Positions 60,222 to 64,000 of a stretch of 64,000 nt of DNA are shown here, one piece after another; position 1 is the first letter of the stretch, and every line of letters starts with the position of its first letter. The stretch spans positions 3,038,001-3,102,000 of the forward strand of contig CM059432.1 of the NCBI GenBank assembly GCA_030390025.1, given 5' to 3'. The notes under the pieces are model-generated. The model saw only the letters and a program-made list of their open reading frames with translations. It was not told the origin of the DNA and did no database searches. A program made the position numbers and the translations under genes. The stretch is from Squalus acanthias (taxonomy: Eukaryota).

Positions 60222-62065
60222 TACACAGGATATACGGCACAGAAACAGGCCATTCGGCCCAACCAGTCCATGCCGGCGTTTATGCTTCACTCGAGCCTCC
60301 TCCCGTCTTTCCTCATCTAACTCTATCAGCATAACCCTCTATTCCCTTCTCCCTCATATGCTTGTCCAGCCTCCCCTTAAATGCATCCATACTATTCGCT
60401 TCAACCACTCCCTGTGGTAGCGAGTTCCACATTCTCACCACTCTCTGGGTAAAGAACTTTCTTCTGAATTCCCTATTGGATTTCTTGGTGACTATCTTAT
60501 ATTGATGGCCTCTAGTTTTGCTCTTCCCCACAAATGGAAACACTCTCTCTGTATCCACTCTATCAAAACCTTTCACAATTTTAAAGACCTTTATTAGGTC
60601 ACCCCTCAGCCTTCTTTTTCCCCCCAAGAGAAAAAAAAGAGACCCAGCCTGTTCATCCTTACCTGATGTGTTTAACCTCGCATTTCTGGTATCATCCTTG
60701 TAAATCTTCTCTGCACCCTCTCCAGTGCCTCTATCCTTTTTAGAATATGGTGACCAGAACTGCACGCAGTACTCCAAGTGTGGTTTAACCAAGGTTCGAT
60801 ACAGGTTTAGCATAACTTCCCTACTTTTTGATTTTATCCCTCTAGAAATAAACCCTAGTGCCTGGTTTGCTTTTTTATGGCCTTGTTAACCTGTGTTGCT
60901 ACTTTTAGTGATTTGTGTATTTGTACTCCGAGATCCCTTTGCTCCTCTACCCCACCTAGACTCGCACCCTCCAAGTAATAAGTGACCTCCCTATTCTTCC
61001 TACCAAAATATAATACCTCACATTTATCTGTGTTGAACTTCATTTGCCAATTATATGCCCATTCTGCAAGTTTATTAATGTCCTCCTGTAACTTGTTGCA
61101 GTCCTCCTCAGTACTGAACAACCCCCCACCCCCCCAATTTGGTGTCATCTGCAAATTTAGAAATTGTGTTTTTGATTCCAAAGTCTAAATCGTTAATGTA
61201 AATTGTGAACAGCAGTGGTCCCAGCACTGATCCTTATGGAACACCACTACCCATCTTCTGCCACTGTGAATCGCTACCTTTTACCCCTATTCTCTGCTTT
61301 CTGTCTTGAAGCCAGACAGCTACCCATTCAATGTGGTAATGTGGTGATGACTTTAAGGGGCCGATTTCAAGTCGGAGGTGGGATCAGTGTGTGAGGGGCC
61401 CGAAGGTCCTAGCTCTATTGAGCGAGATAGAGATATGGTCCGCGGGGGTCCGGTCATTAAAAGTAAATGCTCGAGGTAAACGAACGATTATAGGAGGTCT
61501 TGGAAAGCCTGCCAAAGACTTTGACCACAATGTCTGAAAGTATTATATCGAATTTACAGCACAGAAACAGGCCATTCGGCCCAACTGGTCCTGTGCCGGT
61601 GTATATGCTCCACACGAGCCTACTTCCATCCTTCATCTAACGCACATCAACATAACCTTCTATTCCTTTCTCTCTCGTGTCTAATCGAGCTTCCCCTTAA
61701 ATGTATCTCTGCTATTCACCTCAACCACTCCCTGTGGTAGCGAGTTCCACATTCTCACCGCTCTCTGGGTAAAGAAGTTTCTCCTGAATTCCTTATTGGA
61801 TTTATTAGTGACGGTCTTATATTGATGGCCCCTAGTTCTGGTCTCGCCCACAAGTGGAAACATCTTCTCTACAGCTACCCTATCGAACCCCTTTCATAAT
61901 GTTAAAGGTCTTCATCAGGTTGCCCCTCAGCTTCCCCAGCCTGTTCAGTCTTTCCTGATGGGTATAACCTCGCAGTTCTGGTATCGTTCTAGTACATCTT
62001 TCTTGCACCTTTGCCAGTGCCTCTATGTCATTTTTACAATATGGAGACCAGAACGGGTCACAGTA
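60222..62065 (-). mobile_element. CR1 fragments (~60222-61330 and ~61545-62065)
   Basis: [59 protein letters not shown]. Confidence 0.9.
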
Positions 62066-62989
62066 AGTATGGAGGAGTCCACCAACAGCCATAGGCTTTT
62101 CACTCTTCACAGAATTGCCACCACAATCCTTCAGATGGTTTACATTGTAACTGAACGGACTTGAAAGCTACAGGAAAGATGGTGTGGACCCTCTGACTGA
62201 ACACTGGTGAAACGGAGACCTGTTCCAAAGTGGTTTGCAAGGTGCGACACCTGAAATCGTCATCGCGCGCATGACATGAAAAATGTGCCTTTAACCGAGG
62301 ATAAGGAGGAAAGGCTATCTTGTTACCTGCTCGCCATTAATTACGAGGCTGTGAAGACATTTTTTCTTTGTAAATGGAGACAATTCTCATCTGTTTCTAG
62401 TTGCTCTGCTGCCCTTTCACCAGCACATGTGACCTCTAGCCATACAAAAACCCGGAGAGCTGATCATTATCAGGGTACTGTTGACAGACCGTACAGAAAC
62501 ACGATCTCCCCACTGGGCAACTAACCGGCTGGATACACAACCCCTAGAGCCATGGAATGGCTCCCTCCACTCGGAGCTCATGGGAAAGACCACAGGACTG
62601 TGTGATCAAATTAAATACAACAGCTAGACAAGATCTCATTGGTCACGCACCGGAAAAAAAAAACGTTCCACAAGCTTTACCCAAGATATTTGAAACTATG
62701 AGAAAATTTTGATTAATGTGCACTGGAGTGTACTGTTGGAAGTTAGAAACCGCATTTCGTAGCTGTCAGTTTAACATTTCTAAATACCTTTGACCTCACA
62801 GAAGCTTCACAGAAAATGAACAAGTCTTTCCCTGCAAATAGAACTATCACTACTCTGCGAAGAGATCAGGTTACTGATTCTCTTCCCCAACCCCTTCAGT
62901 AAACAGGAAAAAAAAAGTGGAATTGTAAGATCTATTTCTCCTGCATTTTATTCTGTTCCTTGTCTGACTGCAAATGTCACCTAATGCGA

Positions 62990-64000
62990 TTCAGCCCAAC
63001 TGCTCCGTGCCGGTGTTTATGCTCCACACGAGCCTCCTCCCACCCCTCTCCATCTAACCCTGTAAACATATCCTTCTATTCCTTTCTCCCTCATGTACTT
63101 GTCTAGATTCCCCTAAAATGCATCTGTGCTATTCACCTCAACCACTCCCTGTGGTAGCGAGTTCCACATTCTAACAACTCTCTGGGTAAAGAAGTTTCTC
63201 CTGAATTCCCTATTGGATTTATTAGTGACTATCTTATTTTTATGGCCCCTAGTTCTGGTCTCACCCGTAAGTGGAAACATCTTCTCTACGTCTACCCGAT
63301 CGAACCCTTTCATAATCTTGAAGGCCATCATCAGTTACAGGAGAAATGAGCACAGATTTGGGAGGCAAGCAACACGTTCAAGGGCTTTGGAAAGGAATGG
63401 GAGGTTGGACCCGGGGCGATACTTTGCAAGGATAGAGAGGGGTCGAAGGTGGCAGAAAATTGCAGTGTTGCACAACTTGGGGTGGTGGTGGGGAAGTTGA
63501 AGAACAGAGGATACAAGTAATGAACTCGTACACAATCATGTAAAACACTGTAACAAGAATCCTCATCTTCTTGAAGGCAAATCAAAAGCAAAGATCCATT
63601 CTCCCCACCCCACACCAAATTACAATGGACAAATGCCTCGCGAGTCGACACTTTCTGGCCAGGCAATTACTGAGATGGGAAACAAACAACAAGCTTTTGA
63701 CTTGTGCACAGTGGAACAGGCTTTAATTAACAAGCAATGTTGGTCAAATATTGACACCATCATTGACCATATAAGAACGTAAGAAATAGGAGCAGGAGTA
63801 GGCCATTCTCTTGGTTCTCCACTATTTCCGGGAGGTTTTTTGTGTCTTCTTCCGTGAAGATAGACAGAAAGTATTTGTTTAATTTCTCTGCCATTTCCTT
63901 ATTCCCATTATAATTTCATCTGTAAAGGACCCACGTTTACTTTCGCTAATCTTTTCCTTTTTACATACCTATAGAAGCTTTTACAGTCTGTTTTTATGTC
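62990..64000 (-). mobile_element. CR1 3' fragment (~62990-63330) and CR1 pieces running off the window (~63768-64000)
   Basis: KMFPLTGETRTRGHKNKIVTNKSNREFRRNFF; at ~63768 a CR1 tail is joined to mid-ORF2 sequence. Confidence 0.8.

Overview
Eukaryotic, repeat-saturated DNA from a cartilaginous fish, most likely a shark; the repeat families look like elasmobranch CR1 LINEs and SacSINE1-type DeuSINEs. I found no recognisable host protein-coding exon, rRNA, true tRNA gene or CRISPR array, so this is probably intergenic DNA or a large intron. Nearly all ORFs in the track derive from transposons or tandem repeats. Contents: (1) many CR1-clade LINE pieces, including a 3.5-kb copy (16274-19751, esterase ORF1 plus EN/RT ORF2) bracketed by an unusually long ~347-bp direct duplication; (2) L2-clade 3' fragments and tRNA-headed DeuSINEs sharing a 3' tail, two of which have grown a 33-bp minisatellite from the same internal hairpin; (3) a decayed but structurally complete 4.3-kb PIF/Harbinger transposon with a spliced Myb/SANT gene converging on a HARBI1-like transposase, plus several Harbinger-type MITEs; (4) tiny Penelope-like insertions with 11-12-bp TSDs, two of which retain an apparently intact minimal hammerhead ribozyme core. 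The most interesting signals are the ribozyme-bearing micro-insertions, the long duplication around the LINE, the Harbinger/MITE set and the SINE-derived minisatellites. Coordinates were read by eye and family names are from recognition, not database searches.
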